Source: an uncultured Verrucomicrobia subdivision 3 bacterium
Lineage (GTDB): Bacteria > Verrucomicrobiota > Verrucomicrobiia > Limisphaerales > UBA11358
Reading direction: 5' to 3'
DNA: 64,000 nt
NCBI GenBank assembly: GCA_903911825.1
Contig: CAIWFB010000194.1
Location: 2,070-66,069 of the forward strand
Shown: positions 45,174-54,153 of the stretch, piece by piece
Position numbering within the stretch: position 1 is the first letter of the stretch
Layout: each line of letters starts with the position of its first letter
Notes under the pieces: model-generated
The model's input: the letters and a program-made list of their open reading frames with translations, nothing else
Database searches by the model: none
What the model was told of the DNA's origin: nothing
Program-made: the position numbers and the translations under genes

Positions 45174-46226
45174 ATGAAAGCCGCCGCCAAAACCAGAAAG
45201 CCCCAGCCCGTCCGGCGCGCAGCGGCGCCAGCCAAGGGCAAGGCGGTGGCGTTTGCGGAAATCGTCGGTTTGATCCAATCCGCCCGGACGCGCGCGTTTC
45301 AGGCGGTCAACACGGAGTTGATCGGCCTCTACTGGCGCGTGGGCGAATATATCAGCCGCAAGATCGGTTCGGATGGCTGGGGCAAGGCCACGATTATTTC
45401 GCTGGCTGAATACATTCAACAGAACCACCCCGAAATGCGGGGATTCTCCTCGCAAAACCTTTGGCGGATGCGCCAATTTTACGACGCTTACCGCCTAGAC
45501 CCAAAACTCTCACCACTGGTGAGAGTTTTACCTTGGTCGCACAATCTGCTGATTTTATCGCAATGCAAGCGGGCGGAAGAACGGGAGTTTTACCTGCGCC
45601 TGGCGGCTGACAAAAGCTGGAGTAAACGCGAGCTGGAACGGCAGTTGGATGGCGCTTTGTTTGAGCGCACACTTCTTTCCAAGCCAAAAGTGTCAGCACT
45701 GCTGACACAATTACACCCCGAAGCGGAAACCATCTTCAAAGACACCTATCTGCTGGATTTTCTGGAGTTGCCCATCGATCACTCGGAACGTGATTTGCAG
45801 CGGGCGTTGGTGAAAAATTTGAAACAGTTTCTCATCGAGCTGGGGCCGGATTTTTGTTTCGCGGGCGAGGAGCTGCGGTTGCAGGTGGGTGGACAGGATT
45901 TTTATCTCGATCTGTTGTTTTATCATCGCAGTCTGCAATGTCTGGTGGCGTTTGAGTTGAAGATCACGAAGTTCGAGCCGGAGCATCTGGGCAAGCTGAC
46001 GTTCTATCTGGAAGCGCTCGATCGCGATGTGAAGAAGCCGCACGAGCGTCCGTCCATCGGCGTGTTGCTGTGCGCGAGCAAGGACAAGGAAGTGGTGGAA
46101 TACGCTTTGAGCCGGGCACTATCGCCGGCGTTGATCGCGGAATATCAGACGCGGTTGCCCGATCGGAAATTACTGCAACGCAAGCTCCACGAATTTTATC
46201 AATTGGCCATGCCAAAAACAAAATGA
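45174..46226 (+). CDS. YhcG/DUF1016-family PDDEXK nuclease-domain protein
   Basis: The N-terminal helical domain is characteristic (VNTELIGLYWRVGEYI..., FSSQNLWRMRQFY, LPWSHNLLIL, EREFYLRLA...WSKRELERQ). The C-terminal PD-(D/E)xK core reads DLLFYHRSLQCLVAFELK. Confidence 0.85.
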   Translation: MKAAAKTRKPQPVRRAAAPAKGKAVAFAEIVGLIQSARTRAFQAVNTELIGLYWRVGEYISRKIGSDGWGKATIISLAEYIQQNHPEMRGFSSQNLWRMRQFYDAYRLDPKLSPLVRVLPWSHNLLILSQCKRAEEREFYLRLAADKSWSKRELERQLDGALFERTLLSKPKVSALLTQLHPEAETIFKDTYLLDFLELPIDHSERDLQRALVKNLKQFLIELGPDFCFAGEELRLQVGGQDFYLDLLFYHRSLQCLVAFELKITKFEPEHLGKLTFYLEALDRDVKKPHERPSIGVLLCASKDKEVVEYALSRALSPALIAEYQTRLPDRKLLQRKLHEFYQLAMPKTK

Positions 46227-47275
46227 CTGCCGCCCTCCAGGAATTGCTAAAGCAAACGTCGCGTTCGTTTTACCTGACGCTGCGGGTGCTGCCGGGAGCG
46301 GTGCGTCCGCAGATCGGGCTGGCGTATCTGCTGGCGCGCACGACGGACACAATCGCCGATACAGAGTTGCTGCCCGTGGCGCAACGGCTGGAGGCTTTGC
46401 AGAAATTGCGGGAACGGATTCTGGGACTGAATTCCACACCGCTGGCATTTCGCGAACTGGCGTTGCAGCAAGGTTCGCCCGCGGAACGGGTGTTGTTGGA
46501 AAAAGTAGAGGACAGCTTGGCGCTGTTGAAAACCCTTTCGGCGGCGGATTTGAAATGGGTGCGCGAGGTGTTGAACACCATCACGGGCGGACAGGAATTG
46601 GATCTGCGGCGGTTCGGCAGCTTGGGCACGCCGGAAAATCGGCCGACAAGTCATGCGCAAAAGATCATCGCGCTGCAAACGGCGGCGGAACTGGATGATT
46701 ACACTTACCGCGTGGCGGGTTGCGTGGGTGAGTTTTGGACGAAAATCTGCCGGGCTCACCTGTTTCCCAACGCGCGGCTGGATGAGCATCAGTTCATCAT
46801 GGACGGCATCCGTTTCGGCAAAGGGCTGCAATTGGTTAATATTCTGCGCGATTTGCCGACGGATCTGAAAAATGGGCGCTGTTACCTGCCAACGCAACGG
46901 CTGGAGGAGGCGAAATTGCTTCCGGAAACCCTACTTTCGCCCGCGAATGAAGGGCGATTCCTGCCGTTTTACCACGATTACTTGGATCAGGCAGAATCGC
47001 ACCTGCGCGCAGGCTGGGCTTACACGAATACGCTGCCGTTCGGGCAATTTCGCGTGCGGCTGGCGTGCGCGTGGCCGGTGCTCATCGGGGCACGAACAGT
47101 CGCCAAGTTGCGCGCGGCCAACGTGGCGGACCTGCAGGCGCGGGTGAAGGTTTCTAGAAGCGAAGTGAAGGGGATTTTGCTGTGGTCGTTGCTGGTGTGC
47201 GCGGTGCCGTTCCTGTGGCGGCGGCAATTCCCTGAAGCCGCAAAAGCTATTGCTTCCGATCGGGAATTGGCGTAG
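46223..47275 (+). CDS. Squalene/phytoene synthase family protein (squalene-synthase-like)
   Basis: Present are SRSFYLTLRVLP, a first Asp-rich box (ARTTDTIAD), YRVAGCVGEFW, a second box (NILRDLPTDLKNGRCYLP) and a C-terminal hydrophobic helix. I set the start at the ATG at 46223, which overlaps the upstream stop (ATGA). Confidence 0.85.
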   Translation: MTAALQELLKQTSRSFYLTLRVLPGAVRPQIGLAYLLARTTDTIADTELLPVAQRLEALQKLRERILGLNSTPLAFRELALQQGSPAERVLLEKVEDSLALLKTLSAADLKWVREVLNTITGGQELDLRRFGSLGTPENRPTSHAQKIIALQTAAELDDYTYRVAGCVGEFWTKICRAHLFPNARLDEHQFIMDGIRFGKGLQLVNILRDLPTDLKNGRCYLPTQRLEEAKLLPETLLSPANEGRFLPFYHDYLDQAESHLRAGWAYTNTLPFGQFRVRLACAWPVLIGARTVAKLRAANVADLQARVKVSRSEVKGILLWSLLVCAVPFLWRRQFPEAAKAIASDRELA

Positions 47276-47284
47276 AAAAGCGCC

Positions 47285-48145
47285 ATGCAGACTCCCAAAC
47301 TTTCCCTTGTGATTTGCGCACTGGCGTTGGTTTCCACGCTGGCCGTTCACGCCGCCGACAATGCCGCTCAAGCCGCCGCGCGCGCTGCGTTGGCCGCTAA
47401 ATTATTTGAAATCGGCTCGCAAACGCCGACGAATCCGCCCGCCGCCGAGGCCAAAACGGTCGCCCCGAAAGTGGTTGCACCCGTCGTCGTCGCTCCTGCT
47501 GTGGCGGCTGAACCTGTTTTAATGCCGGTGAGCGGGGAAGCCAAGGCCAAAGCTAAAGCGAAGGCGAAAGCGGATAAAATTGCCGCCGAAACCAAAGCCA
47601 AGGCGGACGCCGAACAAGCTGCCGCCGATAAGAAGGCCAAAAAAGAAGCCGCTAAACTCGCTGCGGCCCAGAAAACCGCCGAGGAAGCCGCTGCAAAAGC
47701 TAGCGCTAAAACCGTGGCTCCAGTTTCAGTTAAAATTGAGCCGAGCCCGGTGGTCAAAGCCCAGCCTGCGCCGAAATTAATGACGGCAGCAAATGGCGAC
47801 AATCCCGCCCAAGCCGCCGCTCGCGCTGCGTTGGCGCAGAAATTATTTGAGACGTCGCAGACTAAATCCGGCTGGGAAGCACCGAGCCAAAAGCCCGCCG
47901 TTAAAGAAACCAAGCCGATGGTTAAAGCGGAAAAACCAAAAACCGTCGCGCCCGTCAAAACGGAAAAACCGAAATCAAATTTTGCCACTCCGGAGCCGAG
48001 CTTAAAGCCGGTCGAAGCTCCCGCCTCGCCCTTGCCCGCTTCCAAACAGCAGAAGTTGCAAGAGCTGCTCGCGAAATACAAAGCCGACCAAATCACGCCG
48101 GCGGAATATTTCAGCCAGCGCACCGCGATTCTCAACGAACCGTAA
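47285..48145 (+). CDS. Secreted Ala/Lys/Pro-rich low-complexity protein with SHOCT-like C-terminus
   Basis: It has a signal peptide and a duplicated motif (N(A/P)AQAAARAALA.KLFE). An AKAKAKAKAD stretch is present. The C-terminus reads LLAKYKADQITPAEYFSQRTAIL. Confidence 0.6.
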   Translation: MQTPKLSLVICALALVSTLAVHAADNAAQAAARAALAAKLFEIGSQTPTNPPAAEAKTVAPKVVAPVVVAPAVAAEPVLMPVSGEAKAKAKAKAKADKIAAETKAKADAEQAAADKKAKKEAAKLAAAQKTAEEAAAKASAKTVAPVSVKIEPSPVVKAQPAPKLMTAANGDNPAQAAARAALAQKLFETSQTKSGWEAPSQKPAVKETKPMVKAEKPKTVAPVKTEKPKSNFATPEPSLKPVEAPASPLPASKQQKLQELLAKYKADQITPAEYFSQRTAILNEP

Positions 48146-48171
48146 ACTGCGAGGTTCAAGATTTTTTCTCC

Positions 48172-48203
48172 ACCCGCTGGATTTTTCCAGCGGGTTTTTC
48201 TTT
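48172..48203 (+). terminator. Intrinsic terminator
   Basis: The hairpin is ACCCGCTGG (48172-48180) paired with CCAGCGGGT (48187-48195), followed by TTTTCTTT. Confidence 0.6.
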
Positions 48204-48239
48204 GCGCCCGATTGGCAGAACCCTAAACTGCTACCCGAT

Positions 48240-49538
48240 ATGCACGATTTTCGTTACGTCGGTAATCAATTATTTTGTGAAGGTGTGTCCGTGGATTCGC
48301 TCGCGCGGAAGTTCGGCACACCGCTTTACGTCTATTCCCAACACACGCTGGAGGATCATTTCAAGAAGCTCGATACGGCGCTCGCCTCGCTGGATCACCA
48401 TATCTGCTTTGCGATGAAGGCGAACTCAAATCTCTCCGTGATGCGCGTGCTGGCGAACTGCGGCAGCGGCTTCGACGTGGTGAGCGCGGGCGAATTGCAA
48501 CGCGTCATCGCCGCCGGGGGCGATCCGAAGAAATGTGTGTTCGCGGGCGTGGCGAAGTCGGAAGCGGAAATTGAATTCGCGCTGCGCAAAGGGATTTATT
48601 CCTTCAACTGCGAAAGTGAACCAGAAATCGTCCGCATCAATAAAGTCGCTGCCCGCTTGAAGAAAATCGCGCCCATCGCGGTGCGCGTGAACCCGAATGT
48701 CGCGGCCAAGACGCACGCGAAAATCACCACGGGCACTTACGAAAATAAATTCGGCATCGCGTTCGAGGAGGTCGAAGCGATCTATGCCCGCGCTAACAAA
48801 TTGAAGAATATCCAACTGCGCGGCGTGCAGATGCACATCGGCTCGCAAATCACGGAAACCACGCCGTTCGAGCTATCAGTCAAGAAGGTGTTACCGCTCG
48901 TGCAGCAGTTGAAGGCGAAATACGCGCTGGAATTTTTCAGCATCGGCGGCGGCTTGGGCATCGTTTACGAACCTGCGCTGGCGAGCGGCGCGACGAGCTG
49001 GTGGAATTCGCCCGCCGCCAAAGGCATCATGACGCCCGCGACGTATGCAGCGAAATTATTACCCCTGCTGCAGCCGCTGGGCTTGAAGATTCTCATGGAG
49101 CCGGGCCGCTTCATCGTGGGCAATGCGGGTGCTCTGGTGACAAAAGTGGAATACGTCAAACGCACTGGCAAAAAGAACTTCGTTATCGTGGACGCGGCGA
49201 TGAATGACTTAATCCGCCCGGCGTTTTACGACGCGTATCATGAAATTGTTCCGCTCAAGAAAAAAGGTGGCGCGCCGATTTCATCTGACGTCGTCGGCGG
49301 CGTTTGTGAGTCCGGCGATTACTTTTGCAAAGACCGGCCGCTCGCAAAATTGGGTGAAGGCGACACCCTTGCGCTCTTAAGCGCGGGCGCTTACGGTTTC
49401 GTCATGGCCTCGACCTACAATACGCGCCCCTTGGCGGCCGAAGTGTTGGTAAGCGGTAAAAATGCAGGCGTCGTGCGCGAACGCCAGAAAGTTGTGGAAA
49501 TCTGGAAGGGCGAAAAAGTGGCGGCTTGGTTGAAATAA
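48240..49538 (+). CDS. lysA: Diaminopimelate decarboxylase
   Basis: PLP-enzyme blocks are present: the Lys in FAMKANSN, GGGLGI, CESGD and the overall LysA pattern. The length is 432 aa. Confidence 0.95.
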   Translation: MHDFRYVGNQLFCEGVSVDSLARKFGTPLYVYSQHTLEDHFKKLDTALASLDHHICFAMKANSNLSVMRVLANCGSGFDVVSAGELQRVIAAGGDPKKCVFAGVAKSEAEIEFALRKGIYSFNCESEPEIVRINKVAARLKKIAPIAVRVNPNVAAKTHAKITTGTYENKFGIAFEEVEAIYARANKLKNIQLRGVQMHIGSQITETTPFELSVKKVLPLVQQLKAKYALEFFSIGGGLGIVYEPALASGATSWWNSPAAKGIMTPATYAAKLLPLLQPLGLKILMEPGRFIVGNAGALVTKVEYVKRTGKKNFVIVDAAMNDLIRPAFYDAYHEIVPLKKKGGAPISSDVVGGVCESGDYFCKDRPLAKLGEGDTLALLSAGAYGFVMASTYNTRPLAAEVLVSGKNAGVVRERQKVVEIWKGEKVAAWLK

Positions 49539-49542
49539 ATTT

Positions 49543-50730
49543 GTGAGCAAAGAATACTCCATTGCGGCCTATTGGTCGGACGGCATGGACGAAGACGGCC
49601 TCGCCGATTGGGCGCGACGTTTGCGTGCCCGCCTGCCCGCACCGGAAGTGTCGCTGGGGCTGGTGTTCCTGTCGCCGAATTTTTTCCCGCACGCGGAGCA
49701 GGTGCTGGAAATTTTACGCGTGCATGCGAAAATTCCGTTGCTCGCCGGTTGCTCCGGCAATGGCCTCGTGGCGAACTCGGAAGAAATTGAAAGCGCCGGC
49801 GGGTTGGTGCTGGCGCTCTACGCCTTGCCGGGCGCAAAATTGAAAGGCGTGCGTTTCTCGCAAGACGATGTTGCCGCTGCGGAAGGCAAAGAATATTGGG
49901 CCAGCGTCACTGGCTTGGCTGCGGAAAAAACCAACGGTTGGCTAGCGTTTGTGGATCCATTTCATATCGACGCGGAAAATTGGCTGCGTTCGTGGAACGA
50001 AACGTATCCGGCCCAGCCGCTGTTCGGCGGACTGGCCAGCGGTAATTATCCTGAACCGTTCACGCAAGTGTATCTCGATGGTCAGGTTTTTGAAGACGGC
50101 GGCGTGGCTATCGCCATCGGCGGTGACGTGGCGCTCGCGGGCGTGGTTTCGCAAGGCTGCACGCCCATAGGCGAGGCGTGGACGCTGACGCGAGTGGAAA
50201 ATAATCTGATCCGCAACATCGGTAATCGCCCGGCTTACACAGTCTTGTCGGAAACGGTGCAAAAACTTTCTCCCGAAGATCAGCGCAAGGCGCAGGGGAA
50301 TTTACACATCGGTCTCGTAGTGAACGAATATCTCGAAGATTTTCATCGCGGCGATTTTCTGGTGCGCAACCTGCTCGGCGGCGATCCAAATTCGGGCGTG
50401 CTGGCAGTCGGCGCTTTGCCGCGCATGGGTCAGACAGTGCAATTCCAACGGCGCGACGCCGCGACGGCTTCGGAAGATTTCAATGAACTCCTCGCGCTGG
50501 AGAAAAAAAATCTCGGGGATGCCGAAATTTTCGGTGGCTGCCTGTTCTGCTGTAATGGCCGTGGCAAAAATCTGTTCGGCCGCCCCAGTCATGATTCGGA
50601 AATGATCCAAACCCATTTTGGCCCCACGGGCGTCGCTGGTTTCTTTTGCAACGGCGAAATCGGCCCCGTCGGCGACAAAAATTTCCTCCACGGTTTCACC
50701 GCTTCGGTTGCCTTGTTTGTTAAAAAGTAA
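49543..50730 (+). CDS. FIST-domain signal-transduction protein
   Basis: It shows the FIST_N/FIST_C layout and the C-terminal GFFCNGEIGP motif. It starts at a GTG. Confidence 0.82.
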   Translation: MSKEYSIAAYWSDGMDEDGLADWARRLRARLPAPEVSLGLVFLSPNFFPHAEQVLEILRVHAKIPLLAGCSGNGLVANSEEIESAGGLVLALYALPGAKLKGVRFSQDDVAAAEGKEYWASVTGLAAEKTNGWLAFVDPFHIDAENWLRSWNETYPAQPLFGGLASGNYPEPFTQVYLDGQVFEDGGVAIAIGGDVALAGVVSQGCTPIGEAWTLTRVENNLIRNIGNRPAYTVLSETVQKLSPEDQRKAQGNLHIGLVVNEYLEDFHRGDFLVRNLLGGDPNSGVLAVGALPRMGQTVQFQRRDAATASEDFNELLALEKKNLGDAEIFGGCLFCCNGRGKNLFGRPSHDSEMIQTHFGPTGVAGFFCNGEIGPVGDKNFLHGFTASVALFVKK

Positions 50731-50781
50731 GCAATTCGCGGTTGCTTTTACCCGCCAAGCCGCCATCCTCACTGAAAATTT

Positions 50782-51702
50782 GTGCCAGAAGAAAAATCTA
50801 ATTTAAGCCAGTCGGCCGCACCGTTGCGCCCCGCTAATCGCCGTCGTGGTCGTCGTGGTGGTCGTGGTCGCGGACGTGGTCCGCGTCCCGCTGCGGATAA
50901 AAACGCCGCGCCCGAAACCGAAGAAAATTCCAGCGCTCCTGAACCTACGGAAGAAAACCATACTCCCGAGGAAAACGGCGAAGCCGAAACCGACACCTCG
51001 GGGGGGTTTCGCGAACCGCACGCGGAAGAACCCGCTGATTTTGCGTCGCACGACACTGATGGACACGCGCCCGAAGGTGAACCCCACGCGGAAGCCTTGC
51101 CAGAGCGAGAAGCGCCGATTCGCCCGGAACAACGCGAACGTCGCCAGCCTGACCGGCAGCAAGAGCGCCGTCAGGATCGCCCCGACCAGCGCCAAGAACG
51201 CCAAGAGCGTCCCCCCCAGCCGGAGCGCCAAGCGCCGAAGCCGTGGGTGAAGCCCGCTGATTTTCGCCCTGCGGAAACTTCCGCCATCGCGCAGGCTGTG
51301 GAGCACGCTACGGAAATCGCCATTTCGCTGAAGAACATGATTGATCAACTCGACGAAGTGCTCGAACTCGTCGAAGTGGCCGAGCGTCAAAAAGTGGTGG
51401 ACGAACGCGAACTGGAAGAGTTGCGCCGCGCTTTGCGTCGCATCCAACCGGCACGCCGTGACCAACCACCGCAACGCGATCAGCAACAACCGCCGCCGCG
51501 CGAACAACGGGATCAGCGTGATAATCGCGAGCCACGCGAACCGCGCCGTGACCGCGAAGATTTCCGCCAGAATCGCGAGCAGCAGCAACGGCAGAATCCG
51601 CCTCCTGCTCCAGTCGCTGAAGCCGCTCCCGCGCCTGCGGTGACGGAAGCTCCGGCACCCGAAGCGCCCGCGCCGGAAACTCCGCCCGCACCGCAAGGCT
51701 GA
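50782..51702 (+). CDS. Highly charged, predicted disordered protein with an N-terminal RGG box and a central helical segment
   Basis: It begins at a GTG with RRRGRRGGRGRGRGPR, then Glu/Pro-rich and (E/Q)R-repeat tracts flanking AIAQAVEHATEIAISLKNMIDQLDEVLELVEVAERQ. I chose the + strand because the flanking genes run the same way. A full-length antisense ORF also exists. Confidence 0.5.
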   Translation: MPEEKSNLSQSAAPLRPANRRRGRRGGRGRGRGPRPAADKNAAPETEENSSAPEPTEENHTPEENGEAETDTSGGFREPHAEEPADFASHDTDGHAPEGEPHAEALPEREAPIRPEQRERRQPDRQQERRQDRPDQRQERQERPPQPERQAPKPWVKPADFRPAETSAIAQAVEHATEIAISLKNMIDQLDEVLELVEVAERQKVVDERELEELRRALRRIQPARRDQPPQRDQQQPPPREQRDQRDNREPREPRRDREDFRQNREQQQRQNPPPAPVAEAAPAPAVTEAPAPEAPAPETPPAPQG

Positions 51703-51713
51703 CTCGCTGCGCC

Positions 51714-52127
51714 ATGACGCTCGCGCAGAAACAGAGCGATCTCACCCAGCAACTGGCCGCGTTAAAAAACAGCCAAGACCGCTTGGCTCATCTGGTCGAA
51801 CAGGCCAAAAAAAATTCCGCATTTCCGTCAACGCAACGCGTTGACGGAAATTTGCTGCCCGGCTGCCTCGCCAAATTGTGGTTTGTGCCCGAATTCTGCA
51901 ACGGAAAGTGTTTCTTCCACTGTGACTCCGATTCTTTGGTGGTGAAAGCCATCGCCGCTTTGCTCTGCGATTTTTATAGTGGCCAGGCCCCGGCAGAAAT
52001 CCTCACGCACAATCCCGAATTCCTAGCCCCGCTAGGCATCACGCAACACCTCACGCCGAATCGCCGGAATGCCTTGGGCAAAATTTGGGAACGTATCCGC
52101 GCGTTCGCCGAAGCCAACGCGAAATGA
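51714..52127 (+). CDS. sufE: SufE-family sulfur acceptor protein
   Basis: The active-site region LPGCLAKLWF and the C-terminal GITQHLTPNRRNAL motif are present. The length is 137 aa. Confidence 0.85.
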   Translation: MTLAQKQSDLTQQLAALKNSQDRLAHLVEQAKKNSAFPSTQRVDGNLLPGCLAKLWFVPEFCNGKCFFHCDSDSLVVKAIAALLCDFYSGQAPAEILTHNPEFLAPLGITQHLTPNRRNALGKIWERIRAFAEANAK

Positions 52128-52921
52128 AATTCTTTGACGCGCACAACCATTTACAGGCCGACCGTTTTTCCGGTCGGCAAAGTGAATTGCTCGCCGTGTG
52201 TCAAAAATCCGGCGTGACTCGCATGATCGTGAATGGCACGCGCGAAAGTGATTGGCCGCAAGTGCTCGCTCTGGCAAAGACTCATCCGCTGGTGCTACCC
52301 AGCTTTGGCTATCACCCGTGGTATTTGGAAGAGCGCTCGCCAGATTGGCAGCGCAACTTGGAAACCTTTCTGGACGCCGTGCCGAGTGCGATTGGCGAAA
52401 TCGGGCTGGATCGCTGGAAGCCTGAGTTGCCTTACGCCGGTCAGGAGGAAGCTTTTCTCGCGCAACTACGCATCGCGACGGAGCGCAATCTGCCGGTTAG
52501 CCTCCACTGTCTGAAAACGTGGGGACGGCTACTGGAACTGCTGCAAACCAACGCCCGTCCAGTGCGTGGTTTTCTGCTGCACAGTTATGGCGGGCCGACG
52601 GAAATGATTCCGGCACTGGCGAAGCTCGGCGCGTATTTCAGTTTTCCCGGTTACTTTTTGCAGGAGCGAAAACTGGCGCAGCGCGAAACTTTTCGACGCA
52701 TTCCGGCGGAACGATTATTGATTGAAACCGACGCGCCCGATCAACTGCTCCCCGACGAGAGAAATCTCTTTCCACTCGCCGCTGCCGACGGCAAATCATT
52801 GAATCATCCGGGGAACATCGGCGCGGTTTATCTGGGCTTGGCGGAATTTCTCGGTGAATCGCCGGAAGCATTGGTGGCACGGGTGGAAGCAAATTTTATG
52901 CGCCTCTTCGCCGGTTTGTGA
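52124..52921 (+). CDS. TatD-family metal-dependent hydrolase
   Basis: It has MKFFDAHNHL (the metal-binding HxH), HCLK, LHSYGG and ETDAPD. I set the start at the ATG at 52124, overlapping the sufE stop (ATGA). Confidence 0.88.
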   Translation: MKFFDAHNHLQADRFSGRQSELLAVCQKSGVTRMIVNGTRESDWPQVLALAKTHPLVLPSFGYHPWYLEERSPDWQRNLETFLDAVPSAIGEIGLDRWKPELPYAGQEEAFLAQLRIATERNLPVSLHCLKTWGRLLELLQTNARPVRGFLLHSYGGPTEMIPALAKLGAYFSFPGYFLQERKLAQRETFRRIPAERLLIETDAPDQLLPDERNLFPLAAADGKSLNHPGNIGAVYLGLAEFLGESPEALVARVEANFMRLFAGL

Positions 52922-52930
52922 AGCGAAGCG

Positions 52931-53722
52931 TTACCGCATCAGCGCCAAAATCAGCACGGCCAACGCGATGCGATAGAAACCAAACACATTGAACGTGTGT
53001 GTCTGGACGTAGCGCAACAGCCATTTCACGGCCACGAAGGAAACCGCCGCCGCCACTACCGTGGTCAGCATGAGCATGCCCCAATCTTCTTTCGGCGCGA
53101 GTGGAATGGGATGGTGTAAGGTCTTAAATATTTTCCAACCGCCGGCGGCAAGCATGGTGGGAATGCCGACGAGAAAGGAAAATTCTGTCGCCGCTGGACG
53201 ACTCAAGCCAAGCAGCAGCGCGAAAACAATCGTTGCGCCGGAGCGCGAGGTGCCAGGGCAGGTGCCGGCGAGCAATTGGCCGAAGGCGACGGCGAATACA
53301 ACCGCCCAAGTGATTTCATTACTCAACTTTTTACCGCGCAGGAAAAATTCCACGGCGAGAAACGCCAACCCGCCAACCAAGAGGGCGATAGCGATGGGCA
53401 CCGAACTGTCGGGTAGTTTAAAGCCTTTTTTATCGAGCACAAAACCCACGGCCCCGGTGATAAAAAAAGCGACAAAGATTTTTAACAGATACGACTGCGT
53501 TTCTTTGTCGCGCCATTCGAAGACAAATTTGTAAAGGCGTTCGGGAAAGAGCGGCAGCACGGCGATGACCGCGCCGCATTGGATGACGATGTTGAACAGA
53601 TCGCTCTTCTCGACCTTTAGCAGGTGTTCCGCCAGCAGCAGGTGTCCGGTGGAAGAGACGGGGATGAATTCAGTGATGCCCTCGACCACGCCGAGGATGA
53701 GATTAATGAGCCAGTCAGCCAT
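52931..53722 (-). CDS. uppP: Undecaprenyl-diphosphate phosphatase
   Basis: BacA/UppP motifs are present (GVVEGITEFIPVSSTGHL and PGTSRSGATI). It has 8 TM helices and is 263 aa long. Confidence 0.93.
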   Translation of the reverse strand: MADWLINLILGVVEGITEFIPVSSTGHLLLAEHLLKVEKSDLFNIVIQCGAVIAVLPLFPERLYKFVFEWRDKETQSYLLKIFVAFFITGAVGFVLDKKGFKLPDSSVPIAIALLVGGLAFLAVEFFLRGKKLSNEITWAVVFAVAFGQLLAGTCPGTSRSGATIVFALLLGLSRPAATEFSFLVGIPTMLAAGGWKIFKTLHHPIPLAPKEDWGMLMLTTVVAAAVSFVAVKWLLRYVQTHTFNVFGFYRIALAVLILALMR

Positions 53723-53763
53723 GAACTATTTGGACGTGAAATTCCGTGTGCGAGCAAGCCGAA

Positions 53764-54153
53764 TTATTTTTTGCCCCAGAACGTTTTTGATTCTTCCCCG
53801 CGCTGCTTCACTTTGAGCTGGCCGAGAATGGCGTGCCACCCGATGTAAATCTTGTGCCATTGGGCTTCGAGGCCGCGCAGGGCGCCTTCACTCATCTCGC
53901 TGAGGTAGCGCAACGAGGGCGAATTGCCGATGAGCGTATGGATTTCGTCGCGCGTGGGCGATTGCACTTCGACGCTGGCAAAAATTAATTCCAGCTCCTG
54001 CACGATGATGCTTTTGATCTCGAGAAAATGGTTGTCATCCGCAGGGCCAAATTTTTTGGCGCGGGCGATGGTGATAAAGTGGTTGAACTGTTTCCAGCAT
54101 TCGATATGGGTCTCGATCTGGGTGACCAGTTGGTTGATTTCCTTGGAGGTCAT
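53764..54153 (-). CDS. Hypothetical helical protein (129 aa), last gene of the REC-PATAN operon
   Basis: Only the C-terminal 129 codons of track ORF 53764..55002 look protein-like (MTSKEINQLVTQIETHIECWKQFNHF...). The ATG at 54153 overlaps the upstream stop (ATGA). Confidence 0.55.
   Translation of the reverse strand: MTSKEINQLVTQIETHIECWKQFNHFITIARAKKFGPADDNHFLEIKSIIVQELELIFASVEVQSPTRDEIHTLIGNSPSLRYLSEMSEGALRGLEAQWHKIYIGWHAILGQLKVKQRGEESKTFWGKK

Noticed and set aside
47368-48159. A 263-aa minus-strand ORF lies opposite the Ala/Lys-rich secreted protein gene.
   Set aside because: It is the mirror image of a low-complexity GC-rich repeat region and lacks a plausible start context or signal. 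The + strand product has a proper signal peptide and a terminator.
50803-51696. A 297-aa minus-strand ORF mirrors the charged disordered protein gene.
   Set aside because: It has a poly-Thr run, Arg/Phe/Leu-rich composition, and an orientation opposite to all flanking genes. I kept the + strand call but flagged the need for experimental strand assignment.
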